Counted from the stretch's first letter, positions 1 through 9,122 are shown. The stretch: 56,203 nucleotides of DNA from a virus (IMGVR_UViG_3300030060_001517:1-56203), one strand, 5' to 3'. Notes: generated by a model from the sequence alone, not told the origin. Made by a program: numbers and translations.

Positions 1-11
1 TAACTACGGCT

Positions 12-295
12 CTTCCCTACTGAGTATCCTGAGTTAACATTTGATGTCGTTACTAATAAAGAAACTCATAAAGATGTCCTGGGATTTGATAGCGAGGTTT
101 GGTTCATGCATTCTATCGCCAGGGTACTGCAAGTCGGTGAACGAGCACAACTGAAAGATGATATTAAAGAACAGAAAGAAAATGAACAGTGGGATAGAAT
201 ATGCGACGACCTGGTAACACTTATCCGTAACGATCCTGGTAAGAGCCGTAGTTATTATGAGAGGATGCCTATCGCTGAGGGAGGAGTTAAAGCGA
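12..295. repeat. Terminal direct repeat / circular overlap, copy 1 (284 bp)
   Basis: Matches 55920..56203 at offset 55908 with 3 substitutions (165, 195, 240). Confidence 0.97.
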
Positions 296-453
296 GTCAA
301 GAAAGAAAAGAGAGAGCTATCGACTCTCTGATAAAAGACGGTAGGATTGAAAGAGTTATGTTAGATAAACCTAGAGGAAGAGCTAATCATTTCCTTAGAG
401 TTAACGAAGATGTAGAAGATAATAAAGAGGGAGGTAAGTATAGTGTCAGTTAA
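13..453 (+). CDS. C-terminal part of the primase-helicase (continues from 54232 across the circular join)
   Basis: ORF 106..453 is in frame with the ORF starting at 54232 via the terminal repeat; the joined gene is 710 codons. Confidence 0.9.
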   Translation, partial: FPTEYPELTFDVVTNKETHKDVLGFDSEVWFMHSIARVLQVGERAQLKDDIKEQKENEQWDRICDDLVTLIRNDPGKSRSYYERMPIAEGGVKASQERKERAIDSLIKDGRIERVMLDKPRGRANHFLRVNEDVEDNKEGGKYSVS

Positions 454-461
454 TGGTTCGG

Positions 462-606
462 CTAATCGTTCAAACGATCAGACCAAACGAACGATCACTT
501 ATCGAAGGACGGAGGAGAGGGTATTTCTACCTCTCTCCGTAGTCGTTCAGATGGTTTCGTCAGCTATCGTTCGTTCGCTCATGTCTCTAATAGAACGAAC
601 GATTAC
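462..606. repeat. Cluster of ATCGTTC(GTTC)/(GAAC)GAACGAT direct and inverted repeats around an imperfect hairpin; candidate origin or packaging element
   Basis: AATCGTTCAAACGATC at ~464, AAACGAACGATC at ~485, hairpin ACGGAGGAGAGGGTA-TTTC-TACCTCTCTCCGT at 509-540, ATCGTTCGTTC at ~567 and GAACGAACGAT at ~593; intergenic between primase-helicase and terS. Confidence 0.6.
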
Positions 607-614
607 TTTTTCCC

Positions 615-643
615 TTTACTTTTCTGATGAAGCGAACTATAGT
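615..643 (+). promoter_or_regulatory. Sigma70-like promoter for terS-terL
   Basis: TTTACT-N17-TATAGT; the same architecture recurs at 9094, 36021 and 50354. Confidence 0.75.
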
Positions 644-674
644 AGATCGTCAACTAGAAGGAGTTGGTTGTATT

Positions 675-1271
675 ATGAGTGAAGATGATACAAAAGATGA
701 GGGTGAGAAGGTCGTTAAGATCCGTCCTGGAGCTAGGAAACATAATAGGAAAGCTCTCATGAATGCTCTGTGTCCACTACTAGAAAGCGGTATGTCTTTA
801 ACTGCTGCTTGTTATAAGGTTCCGGACTGTCCTCCTTCTAGCCAGATACTAGACTGGATTAGCACAGACCCAGCCTTAGCCGAGCAATACGCGCATGCGC
901 GAGAACTTGGATACAAGATGATAGCTGATGAGATATTAGCTATCTCAGATGAGAACTATACGATCATAGAAGAAGACATACTGGACGAGGACGGACAGCC
1001 TATGCTTGATGACAGAGGTAATCGTTTACAACGAACAGTGAAAGCACCGATAAGCAATGAAGCTCTGGCTCGTAATAGATTGAGAGTAGACAGCAGGAAG
1101 TGGATGCTGAGTAAGATGCTGCCGAAGGTCTACGGCGATAAGATCCAGACAGAGCATGTCGGTAAGGACGGAGGACCAGTGCAACTTGCTGCGGTAGATC
1201 TGAAGAACCTGAGCGACGAGGAACTAAATCAATTGAACGAGACAATGAAGAAGATAGAGACAGATAAATGA
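675..1271 (+). CDS. terS: Terminase small subunit
   Basis: YAHARELG..ADEILAISD and RLRVDSRKWMLSKMLPKVYGDK motifs of Sf6-like small terminases; directly upstream of terL. Start taken at ATG 675 after GGAG, since 627 lies inside the promoter. Confidence 0.85.
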   Translation: MSEDDTKDEGEKVVKIRPGARKHNRKALMNALCPLLESGMSLTAACYKVPDCPPSSQILDWISTDPALAEQYAHARELGYKMIADEILAISDENYTIIEEDILDEDGQPMLDDRGNRLQRTVKAPISNEALARNRLRVDSRKWMLSKMLPKVYGDKIQTEHVGKDGGPVQLAAVDLKNLSDEELNQLNETMKKIETDK

Positions 1272-2845
1272 AGAAAGTTCTACCAGCATCTCCAGCAGTC
1301 ATGTCAGATCTCATCAAGGAAGAGCGAGACAGACGAGCAGCATCGTCGTCTCTGTATGAGTTCGTAAAGCAGGCATGGCATGTCGTGGAGCCAGGCATAC
1401 CCTTCATCGGAGGGTGGCACATAGAAGAAATTTGTGAGCATTTGGAAGCTTGTTCTAGCGGAGATCTGAAGAAACTACTAATAAATATCCCACCCAGGCA
1501 TTCTAAATCTACAATAGTAAGTGTAATGTGGCCAATGTGGGAATGGCTAACAGATCCTGCTCAAAAGTTTTTGTGTGCTTCATACTCAGGTAACTTAAGT
1601 ATTCGAGACAATCTTAAGGCTAGGAGATTAATTCAGTCTCCATGGTACCAAGATAGATGGGGACATATGTTTAGTCTTGCAGGAGACCAGAATGCTAAAC
1701 AGAGGTATGAAAATGACAAGACTGGATACAGGTTGGCTACATCTGTAGGCGGTACAGCCACTGGTGAAGGTGGATCTAGACTTCTGCTAGATGATCCGCA
1801 TTCCGCACAAGAAGCACAATCAGACGCAATAAGAGAAGCAGCAGTAGAATGGTTCGACATGGTCTGGTCAACAAGATTAAATAATCCTAAAGAAGATGTA
1901 ATGGTTACAATCATGCAGCGATTGCATGAGCGCGATATATCTGGACATATAATTGATGATATAGGAGGATGGGAACATCTTATGATTCCTGCAGAATGGG
2001 ATGGTAAATCTCGTTCTACGAGTTTAGGGGTGTATGATCCACGAAAAACAGAAGGTGAACTAATATGTCCAGATAGATTCGGTGAGAAAGAAATACAAGA
2101 CCTAAAACAACTTTTAGGCACATATGGTGTAGCAGGTCAGCTACAACAAGAACCTAGTCCATCAGAAGGAGGAATCCTGAAGACAAAATTTTTTGAACTT
2201 TGGCCACACAACTCAGGTTTACCTCCATTTGAATATATTCTTCAAAGTTATGACTGTGCATTCACAGAAAAATCTTCAGGAGATCCCACAGCATGTACAG
2301 TATATGCTATATTCACACATGAGGGAGCAAGACACTGTATGTTAATTGATGCCTGGGATGAGCACTTAGGTTATCCTGAATTAAGAGAAAGAGCCATAAA
2401 AGGTTGGCAAACTGAATACGGAGGTATGAGCAAAGATTCTCCATTCAGTAAAAGAAAAAGACCAGATAGAATTCTTATAGAAGCCAAAGCGAGTGGTCAA
2501 TCTCTTTTACAAGATTTGCGCCTGGCAAATGTTCCCGCAATAGGCTATAATCCTGGCAATGCTGACAAGATAAGTAGAGCACATCAGGCAGCACCAACTT
2601 TAGAACTTGGTCATTGTTGGATACCAGAATCTAAAAAGAATCCTGGTCATGCTGTTTCATGGGCGCAAAACTTTATAAAACAACTAGCAAAGTTTCCAGT
2701 AGCAGCACATGACGATTATGTAGATACATTTACCCAAGCTATGATATATTTTAAAAATGATGGCTGGTTCATATTACCACAGGCTCGTGATTATGACGAA
2801 CCTAAATTAAGATTAGTAGAAAAAGTTAACCCATATGCGATATAA
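1268..2845 (+). CDS. terL: Terminase large subunit
   Basis: NIPPRHSKS Walker A variant, LLLDDP Walker B, MQRLHERD coupling motif, C-terminal nuclease SYDCA...HDDYVD. Confidence 0.96.
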   Translation: MKKVLPASPAVMSDLIKEERDRRAASSSLYEFVKQAWHVVEPGIPFIGGWHIEEICEHLEACSSGDLKKLLINIPPRHSKSTIVSVMWPMWEWLTDPAQKFLCASYSGNLSIRDNLKARRLIQSPWYQDRWGHMFSLAGDQNAKQRYENDKTGYRLATSVGGTATGEGGSRLLLDDPHSAQEAQSDAIREAAVEWFDMVWSTRLNNPKEDVMVTIMQRLHERDISGHIIDDIGGWEHLMIPAEWDGKSRSTSLGVYDPRKTEGELICPDRFGEKEIQDLKQLLGTYGVAGQLQQEPSPSEGGILKTKFFELWPHNSGLPPFEYILQSYDCAFTEKSSGDPTACTVYAIFTHEGARHCMLIDAWDEHLGYPELRERAIKGWQTEYGGMSKDSPFSKRKRPDRILIEAKASGQSLLQDLRLANVPAIGYNPGNADKISRAHQAAPTLELGHCWIPESKKNPGHAVSWAQNFIKQLAKFPVAAHDDYVDTFTQAMIYFKNDGWFILPQARDYDEPKLRLVEKVNPYAI

Positions 2846-2847
2846 AA

Positions 2848-3246
2848 ATGATAGATAAAGATAGTTTAAAATTAGATACACCCAGAAGAACTCCTAATCA
2901 TCCTAGCAGTTCTCATGTAGTAAAAACCAAAGTAGACGGCAAAGAAAAAATAATCCGATTCGGTGAGCAAGGAGCAAGTACAGCAGGTAAACCGAAGGAA
3001 GGAGAATCTGATAAGATGAAAAAGAAAAGAGCATCTTTTAAATCTCGTCACGCAAAGAATATAGCAAAAGGTAAATCTTCCGCAGCATACTGGGCAGACA
3101 AAGTAAAATGGAATACTGGCGGACATGTGTATGATAGTGATAGAATTAAAGCTAAAGCGAAAAATTTTTTCAACACAGGTGGCTCAGTAAATTTTGATCA
3201 AACAAGAATAAAAAGTTTAGCACAAAAACTCATGGAGGGTAAATAA
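2848..3246 (+). CDS. Small basic phage protein (conserved RRTPNHP...IIRFGEQG...SFKSRH...SAAYWA family)
   Basis: Lys-rich ORF between terL and portal with two NTGG motifs. Confidence 0.75.
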   Translation: MIDKDSLKLDTPRRTPNHPSSSHVVKTKVDGKEKIIRFGEQGASTAGKPKEGESDKMKKKRASFKSRHAKNIAKGKSSAAYWADKVKWNTGGHVYDSDRIKAKAKNFFNTGGSVNFDQTRIKSLAQKLMEGK

Positions 3247-5855
3247 TGGCTGAAGAAGAAAATGAAATAGAAGTTACTAAGGAAGAGATAACAATGGTAG
3301 AAATACCTGAAGAAGAATCTCTTTTAGAAGATACTCCTGACGGAGGAGCTATTTTAAAAATGGAAAAAATAACAGTAAGCGGATCTACACCACATTTTGA
3401 AAACATAGTAGAAAAAGTAGATCAGAAAAAATTAAAGATAGCTATCACCGACCTATTAACTAAAATAAGTAGAGATAAAGAAGCTAGACAAAAAAGAGAT
3501 CAACAGTACGAAGAAGGTTTGCGCCGAACAGGATTAGGCGATGATGCGCCTGGTGGAGCACAATTTAGCGGAGCTAATAAAGTTGTTCACCCAATGTTAG
3601 TAGAAGCATGTGTAGATTTTTCTGCACGATTCGTTAAAGAAGTGTTTCCGCCAACAGGACCAGTAAAAAGTAAAATTATAGGTGAAGCTGATAAAGTTAA
3701 AGTAGAAAAAGCTCAGCGCAAAACAGAGTTTATGAATTGGCAAGTAACTCAACAAATGATTGAGTTCAGATCTGAGTTAGAACAATTAAGCACCCAACTA
3801 CCTTTAGGTGGTGGTCAATATATGAAGTACATGTGGAATGCTCAATATAACAGACCGACATCTGAATTCGTTCCTATTGACGATATATACTTACCATTTT
3901 CTGCTACTAACTTTTATACGGCAGAAAGAAAAACTCATGTTCAATATATTACTCACATGGAGTATGAAAAAAGAGTAGAAGCAGGAATGTATTGTGATAT
4001 TGATTTACCTACTCCTAATGAACCTGAGTTTAGTAAAGCAGAACAAGCAAACGAAAAAATTGAAGGTAAGCAAAATACATCTTATAACGAAGATGGTTTA
4101 CGAACTATATTTGAAGTTTACACTTCTTTAGATATAGAAGATGAATGCGGATTAGCTCCGTATATTTTAAGTATTGATAAATCTTCTGATAAACCTTTAT
4201 CTCTTTATCGTAACTGGGAAGAAGACGACGAAAGGAAAAACGAATTACAATGGATTGTAGAGTTTCCTTTTGTTCCTTGGCGAGGTGCTTACCCTATCGG
4301 ACTTACACATATGATTGGTGGTTTGAGTGGAGCAGCAACTGGAGCACTCAGAGCATTATTAGATTCAGCTTACATTCAAAATGTTCCTACTCTTCTTAAA
4401 TTAAAAGGAGGACCTAACGGACAAACAATTAATGTTCAACCAACAGAGATTGTAGAAATGGAAGGAGGTGCACTAATTGATGATGTTCGTAAATTAGCTA
4501 TGCCTTTACCTTTTGCTGGACCGAGTAATACTTTATTTCAATTATTAGGTTTTTTAGTTAATGCTGGTAAGGGAGTAGTACAAACTTCTTTTGAAAAGTT
4601 TAACGAGCAGAATCCTAATGCGCCAGTAGGAACTACCATGGCTATAATTGAACAAGGAATGGTTGTATTCAGTTCTATTCATTCTCGTTTACATGCAGCG
4701 ATGGGAAGAAGTCTTGACATTTTACACAGAATAAATTCTATGTACTATACGCAAGAAGACCTTGACGCATTAAATGCTGGATTAGATATAACTGTAGAAG
4801 ATTTTGATGGACCTGCTGATGTTGTTCCGATCAGTAATCCCGCTATATTTAGTGAAGCACAAAGATTTGCTCAAATACAAGCGATCATGCAGAGAGCACA
4901 AGCTATGCCACAGATGTATGATCAAAGAGCTGTTGAAGAAATGTTCTTAAGAACATTAAAAGTACCTGCAGGAGAAGTTTTGAATCCTCTTCCTGGTAGT
5001 GAAGATAGAGATCCTGTAAGTGAAAATGTTGCGGTAGCAATGGGTCAACCTATTTATGTTTTACCTCAACAAGATCATATAGCTCACATGGAAGTTCATA
5101 TGGCATTTTTAAAATCGCCAGTGTTTGGTCAAAATCCTGCTATAATGCCTACGATACTTTACCCTATGGCTCTTCATTTAAAAGATCATTTACTTAATTA
5201 TTATTTAGTAGAAGCACATAATGCAGTAGATCAGGCTCAACAAAAACAATTAATGCCTGAAGAAGCCCAACAACAAGTAGAAATTATTATAAAAGTTCAA
5301 GAATTTATTCAACAACAGTTAGGATCATTTGCTCAAGAACTTGCTCAAATAAGCGAAGCATCGCAGCAATTTAAACCTGAAGATCCAGCTATGAGAGGAA
5401 ATGATTCTATGAAAATAGCAGAACTCAGTGCTCAAATTAAACAAGGTGAAATACAACAAAGAGCGGAAAGAGATAATGCTCAATTACAGTTTGATAATTT
5501 AAAACTTGATACAAATAGTCAGTTACAACAAATGAAAATGCAACAGACAGCAGAAATTGAGAGAGCTAAACTTATGGACAAAATGGAAGACAGAAAAGAG
5601 AAAGCTGAACTGCAAGGTCTTAGAGAAGTTTCTGAAACTGAGAGAAATAATATTAGAGAAATGTCTGAAACTGATAGACAAAATATTAGAGAAGATAATG
5701 AAAATGCTAGGAAGAAAGCAGATCTTAAAGCTAGAGAAAGAATGAATAATGCTGATAATAAGACAGCTAAAGAACTAGCTGAAATGGAAATGTTAGCTGA
5801 CGAAAAAACTTCTTTTACTACAGGATCAGGAATTGACTTTGATCCTAAACCATAA
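3246..5855 (+). CDS. Portal protein
   Basis: 869 aa after terL; VHPMLVEACVDF, GALRALLDSA and NAPVGTTMA motifs; long Gln-rich C-terminal coiled coil as in P22-like podovirus portals. Confidence 0.88.
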   Translation: MAEEENEIEVTKEEITMVEIPEEESLLEDTPDGGAILKMEKITVSGSTPHFENIVEKVDQKKLKIAITDLLTKISRDKEARQKRDQQYEEGLRRTGLGDDAPGGAQFSGANKVVHPMLVEACVDFSARFVKEVFPPTGPVKSKIIGEADKVKVEKAQRKTEFMNWQVTQQMIEFRSELEQLSTQLPLGGGQYMKYMWNAQYNRPTSEFVPIDDIYLPFSATNFYTAERKTHVQYITHMEYEKRVEAGMYCDIDLPTPNEPEFSKAEQANEKIEGKQNTSYNEDGLRTIFEVYTSLDIEDECGLAPYILSIDKSSDKPLSLYRNWEEDDERKNELQWIVEFPFVPWRGAYPIGLTHMIGGLSGAATGALRALLDSAYIQNVPTLLKLKGGPNGQTINVQPTEIVEMEGGALIDDVRKLAMPLPFAGPSNTLFQLLGFLVNAGKGVVQTSFEKFNEQNPNAPVGTTMAIIEQGMVVFSSIHSRLHAAMGRSLDILHRINSMYYTQEDLDALNAGLDITVEDFDGPADVVPISNPAIFSEAQRFAQIQAIMQRAQAMPQMYDQRAVEEMFLRTLKVPAGEVLNPLPGSEDRDPVSENVAVAMGQPIYVLPQQDHIAHMEVHMAFLKSPVFGQNPAIMPTILYPMALHLKDHLLNYYLVEAHNAVDQAQQKQLMPEEAQQQVEIIIKVQEFIQQQLGSFAQELAQISEASQQFKPEDPAMRGNDSMKIAELSAQIKQGEIQQRAERDNAQLQFDNLKLDTNSQLQQMKMQQTAEIERAKLMDKMEDRKEKAELQGLREVSETERNNIREMSETDRQNIREDNENARKKADLKARERMNNADNKTAKELAEMEMLADEKTSFTTGSGIDFDPKP

Positions 5856-5893
5856 TCGTTCGTTCTATTAAGAAATAGACCGAACGAACGATT
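5853..5893. promoter_or_regulatory. Inverted repeat AATCGTTCGTTC...CGAACGAACGATT after the portal gene
   Basis: Local hairpin; 5853-5870 is the exact reverse complement of 588-605. Confidence 0.55.
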
Positions 5894-5920
5894 GATTTAC
5901 GATGGAATTTGAGTTAAACA

Positions 5921-6151
5921 ATGGAGGAAAAAATGGTAAAACCAACAACTAAGAAAAAAGGTAGACCACCTAAAAAAGAACCTAAAAGAGCTAGAAATTC
6001 TAAAGGTCATTACATCGCTGATGATCCAGGAACTTCTCATAACGAAGCATATGGAGAAAAACCATGGTCGTTAGCTAATATTAAAAGAAATTGGAAAATG
6101 GTTCTAATAGGAACTATAATTCTACTGGCTGTAATAATAGGTAATATGTAA
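5921..6151 (+). CDS. Small basic protein with C-terminal transmembrane helix
   Basis: KKKGRPPKK basic N-terminus and hydrophobic MVLIGTIILLAVIIG; GGAGG RBS suggests the real start is 5933. Confidence 0.7.
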   Translation: MEEKMVKPTTKKKGRPPKKEPKRARNSKGHYIADDPGTSHNEAYGEKPWSLANIKRNWKMVLIGTIILLAVIIGNM

Positions 6152-6155
6152 TCAT

Positions 6156-6842
6156 ATGTCATATTTACAAAGTAATATACCGTATTTTAAATGTTGGGTA
6201 CGCAAAGAGTATACCTATAATCATGAGAAATTTCATGGAGAATTTTTACATGCCATGGCGGTAGCAGTTACAACCATACCTAATAGATGTTTAAGTTTTC
6301 AAGTTATCTTTACAGGAGCGGAAACTTACGACACAGAAGAAGAAAATATTCATGGGGGAGCAATGTGGGCAAGAATGCCCATAACTGCTTTAGTGGGGGA
6401 TACACCACTTGATGAATGGCCAAAACCCATGGCTACACATGATGCTCAACCTTGGGATTGCTCTTCCCGAACTCACAGTGTTTATGTGTTGGACAGATGT
6501 TCTCCTTGTCCTTGGCTAGCAAAAATAGATGGAGAACTTTATCCCGCTAAATATTATTTTACGGTAGACTATACGGATTCAGAAATCGCAGATGACCCTG
6601 CTCAACATAAACAGAGTCATGTTTTAGAACTTCTGGATGCTGGAGAATACACTGGTAATATGGTAGCATTACCCAATAACCGAGTAAGAGTGACTCATCC
6701 TGCTTGGTTTAGTTTAGGCGAAGGAGCACCTGAGTTTAGACCTTCACAACATGTGCATTACAGTAAATCAGATCTGGATTACACATTAGATGTGAATCGT
6801 GTTTTTGACAACTTATATAATGGAGAAGAAAATGAAAAGTAA
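6156..6842 (+). CDS. Conserved phage hypothetical protein
   Basis: 228 aa with genome-typical codon use; HGGAMWARMPI, QPWDC and LPNNRVRVTHPAW motifs; function unknown. Confidence 0.8.
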   Translation: MSYLQSNIPYFKCWVRKEYTYNHEKFHGEFLHAMAVAVTTIPNRCLSFQVIFTGAETYDTEEENIHGGAMWARMPITALVGDTPLDEWPKPMATHDAQPWDCSSRTHSVYVLDRCSPCPWLAKIDGELYPAKYYFTVDYTDSEIADDPAQHKQSHVLELLDAGEYTGNMVALPNNRVRVTHPAWFSLGEGAPEFRPSQHVHYSKSDLDYTLDVNRVFDNLYNGEENEK

Positions 6843-6985
6843 AGGTTACGCCAAAGGTGGTAAATCGAAAGGTTATGCTAAAGGCGGAAAAATGAATACT
6901 AAAGGTTATGCCAAAGGAGGTATGAAAACTAAAGGATATTCTAAAGGTGGAAAAATGAAAACCAAAGGATATGCAGCAGGAGGTT
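6832..6985 (+). repeat. Coding tandem repeat of about 30 bp (AAAGGTTATGCTAAAGG-like), five copies
   Basis: Degenerate at third codon positions; similar units recur near 12990-13045. Confidence 0.8.
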
Positions 6986-7059
6986 CTGTTAATATGGATG
7001 GAGCTGATGTACCTCAAAGAAAAAGAATGGCAGCAGGATTTAAAGTTACAGGACAATAA
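6832..7059 (+). CDS. Small basic protein built of (M)KxKGYAKGG repeats
   Basis: Five KGY(A/S)(K/A)GG units; GGAG RBS before ATG 6832. Confidence 0.8.
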   Translation: MKSKGYAKGGKSKGYAKGGKMNTKGYAKGGMKTKGYSKGGKMKTKGYAAGGSVNMDGADVPQRKRMAAGFKVTGQ

Positions 7060-7070
7060 GGAGAAACATT

Positions 7071-7208
7071 ATGAAAAATTTTATTATTTGTATTACTGTA
7101 TTGATGTTAACTGGATGTGGCTCAGCAAGAGTATTATTAAATGCTGATATTCCTAAAGATCAAGACATTAAAATAGAAATTTCAACTAAACAAACTGAAG
7201 CATCTTAA
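7071..7208 (+). CDS. Small lipoprotein (45 aa)
   Basis: Not in the ORF track; AAGGAG RBS; MKNFIICITVLMLTGCGS has a signal peptide with an LTGC lipobox. Confidence 0.75.
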   Translation: MKNFIICITVLMLTGCGSARVLLNADIPKDQDIKIEISTKQTEAS

Positions 7209-7218
7209 AGGAGTAATT

Positions 7219-7440
7219 ATGAAAAAAGGCTTATATGCAAATATTCATGCCAAACAGGAGAAAGTTAAAAAAGGTTTAAAAGATCCTGAAACTGGTAAGA
7301 AAATAAAAATGCGTAAAAAAGGAGATCCTGGCGCACCTACTGCCCAAGATTTTAAAGATGCTAAAAAGACCGCTAAACTTGCTGAAGGCGGTCATATTAA
7401 TCAGCATAAAAGAATGGCGATGGGAGAAAAGATTTTATGA
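7219..7440 (+). CDS. Small basic phage protein
   Basis: GLYANIHAK...KMRKKGDPGAPT motif; LAEGG and QHKRMAMG tail resembling the QRKRMAAG tail of the 6832 ORF. Confidence 0.8.
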   Translation: MKKGLYANIHAKQEKVKKGLKDPETGKKIKMRKKGDPGAPTAQDFKDAKKTAKLAEGGHINQHKRMAMGEKIL

Positions 7441-7634
7441 ACATCGACCAAAAACTTTTGAACTCTTTAAAAGAAGAGCAATCTAATTTTGCTTTAGATG
7501 CTTTAAAGAGACCTCAAGAGCGCGATAATTTTGAGTACGGTTATCGTGTTGGAGTAGTAGCTGGATACGAAGAAGCTATTAATGTACTTTTAAAACTAAC
7601 CGAAGAGGAGAAGTATGGTGACGACAACTTATGA
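7437..7634 (+). CDS. Hypothetical protein preceding GroES
   Basis: Overlapping ORF with FEYGYRVGVVAGYEEA; sits just upstream of groES. Confidence 0.75.
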   Translation: MNIDQKLLNSLKEEQSNFALDALKRPQERDNFEYGYRVGVVAGYEEAINVLLKLTEEEKYGDDNL

Positions 7635-8031
7635 GGATACGCTAGAAGAGGCATTCCCTGCAGTAGATGCAGGAATAGTACCTTTTGGTTCCCGTGTTCT
7701 GATTCAGATACGAACCGCTAAAAAGAAAACAGCTGGTGGTATTATTCTGACGACAGATACTAAAGATACCGAAAAGTGGAATACGCAGATCGGTAAAGTA
7801 ATTGCGCTAGGACCTTTGGCATTTAAAAATCGTAATACGATGGATAGTTGGCCAGAGGGAGACTGGTGTAAGGTAGGCGAATATATTAGAGTAGCAAAAT
7901 ATGGAGGAGATCGATGGGAAGTTCCCATAGGCGATTCTAAAGATGATACTGCAATGTTCGTTATTTTTAATGATCTAGATGTGATTGGTCAAGTAACAGG
8001 AGACCCACTAAAGATTAAAGCATTTATCTGA
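7615..8031 (+). CDS. groES: Co-chaperonin GroES-like protein
   Basis: PFGSRVLI, KKTAGGIIL mobile loop, GKVIALGP, KVGEYI..AKYGG, NDLDVIG. Confidence 0.9.
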   Translation: MVTTTYEDTLEEAFPAVDAGIVPFGSRVLIQIRTAKKKTAGGIILTTDTKDTEKWNTQIGKVIALGPLAFKNRNTMDSWPEGDWCKVGEYIRVAKYGGDRWEVPIGDSKDDTAMFVIFNDLDVIGQVTGDPLKIKAFI

Positions 8032-8046
8032 TAAGGAGATAAAATT

Positions 8047-9069
8047 ATGGCAAAAACCAAACAACAAGAAGACGATACAGTTATGGTCGAAGTAGACGAT
8101 AACGAAGAAACTCAAGAAGCGGTGGCAGAAGATATCGTTATAGTAGAAGACCAACCACCTGAACAAGAAGTAATAGAAGAAGAATCTGAAGAAGTAGTAG
8201 AAGAATCTGCAGAAGATGAACCTATTGTTGAAGAAGATGAACCTATTACAGCTGAGGAAGAAATAGATGTTGAAAGAGAAGCTATTCGAGAAAGAAGACG
8301 AAAAGAAAAACAAGAACGAAAAGCTCGTAGAGAAACAGCTATCAAAAGAGATAAAACAGAGTTAGATTTCTTAAGGAGTCGTAACGATGACTTAGAAAGA
8401 AGATTAACTGCGCAAGAAAGAAAATCTCAACAAGTAGAGCTAAGTACTTATGACACAGCTATTGCTCAAGCTAATAAAGAAGTTCAAATGGCAGATAGAG
8501 TTATAGCTAAAGCTGTAGAAACTAATAATGGTGAAGATGTAACTAAAGCTATGAAGTATAGAGATCAAGCTATGCAAAAAGCACAGCAATTATCTATAGC
8601 TAAACAGCAAGCATCTCAACCTCAAACAGAAGCACCTCCCGTAGACGACCGAACTATGTATCATGCTCAGAAGTTTATGGAAGAAAATCCTTGGTACGAT
8701 TCTCAAGGTAGAGACGAAGACTCTGCTATTGTAATGGCAATCGATCAAGCACTAAGTAAAGATGGTTATAATCCTCAAACTGAAGAATATTGGGATGAAC
8801 TTACTTTAAGAGCAGCAAGAAGACTTCCGGAAAGATTTGAAGAGGAAGATATTCCTGCTAAAAAATCTACTAGGAAAACTACTCGTAAAGCAAGAGGAGG
8901 ACCAGCAGTTGGTTCGGGTAAAGAACATGCACCTACTTCTACCAGGAAAGAAATTTATATAAGTCCTGAAAGAAAACAAGCATTAATGGATGCAGGAGTG
9001 TGGGATGATCCTGTTCTTAGAACCAAATATGTTAAAAGATATGCCCAATATGACAAGGAAAACCAATGA
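8047..9069 (+). CDS. Putative capsid scaffolding protein
   Basis: Acidic N-terminus, long coiled coil, NPWY motif and basic C-terminus; upstream of the capsid genes. Confidence 0.65.
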   Translation: MAKTKQQEDDTVMVEVDDNEETQEAVAEDIVIVEDQPPEQEVIEEESEEVVEESAEDEPIVEEDEPITAEEEIDVEREAIRERRRKEKQERKARRETAIKRDKTELDFLRSRNDDLERRLTAQERKSQQVELSTYDTAIAQANKEVQMADRVIAKAVETNNGEDVTKAMKYRDQAMQKAQQLSIAKQQASQPQTEAPPVDDRTMYHAQKFMEENPWYDSQGRDEDSAIVMAIDQALSKDGYNPQTEEYWDELTLRAARRLPERFEEEDIPAKKSTRKTTRKARGGPAVGSGKEHAPTSTRKEIYISPERKQALMDAGVWDDPVLRTKYVKRYAQYDKENQ

Positions 9070-9093
9070 AAATGAAAAAAATTTATTTTTACC

Positions 9094-9122
9094 TTTACTT
9101 TCATTTTAAATTAAACTATAGT
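9094..9122 (+). promoter_or_regulatory. Sigma70-like promoter for the capsid operon
   Basis: TTTACT-N17-TATAGT with an A/T-rich upstream tract. Confidence 0.75.

Noticed and set aside
443-682. 79-aa ORF across the repeat cluster
   Set aside because: It overlaps the repeats and the terS promoter and has atypical composition; probably spurious.
6832-6985. About 30-bp periodic repeats as a CRISPR array
   Set aside because: The repeats are in frame, degenerate at third positions, have no unique spacers, and no cas operon is present.
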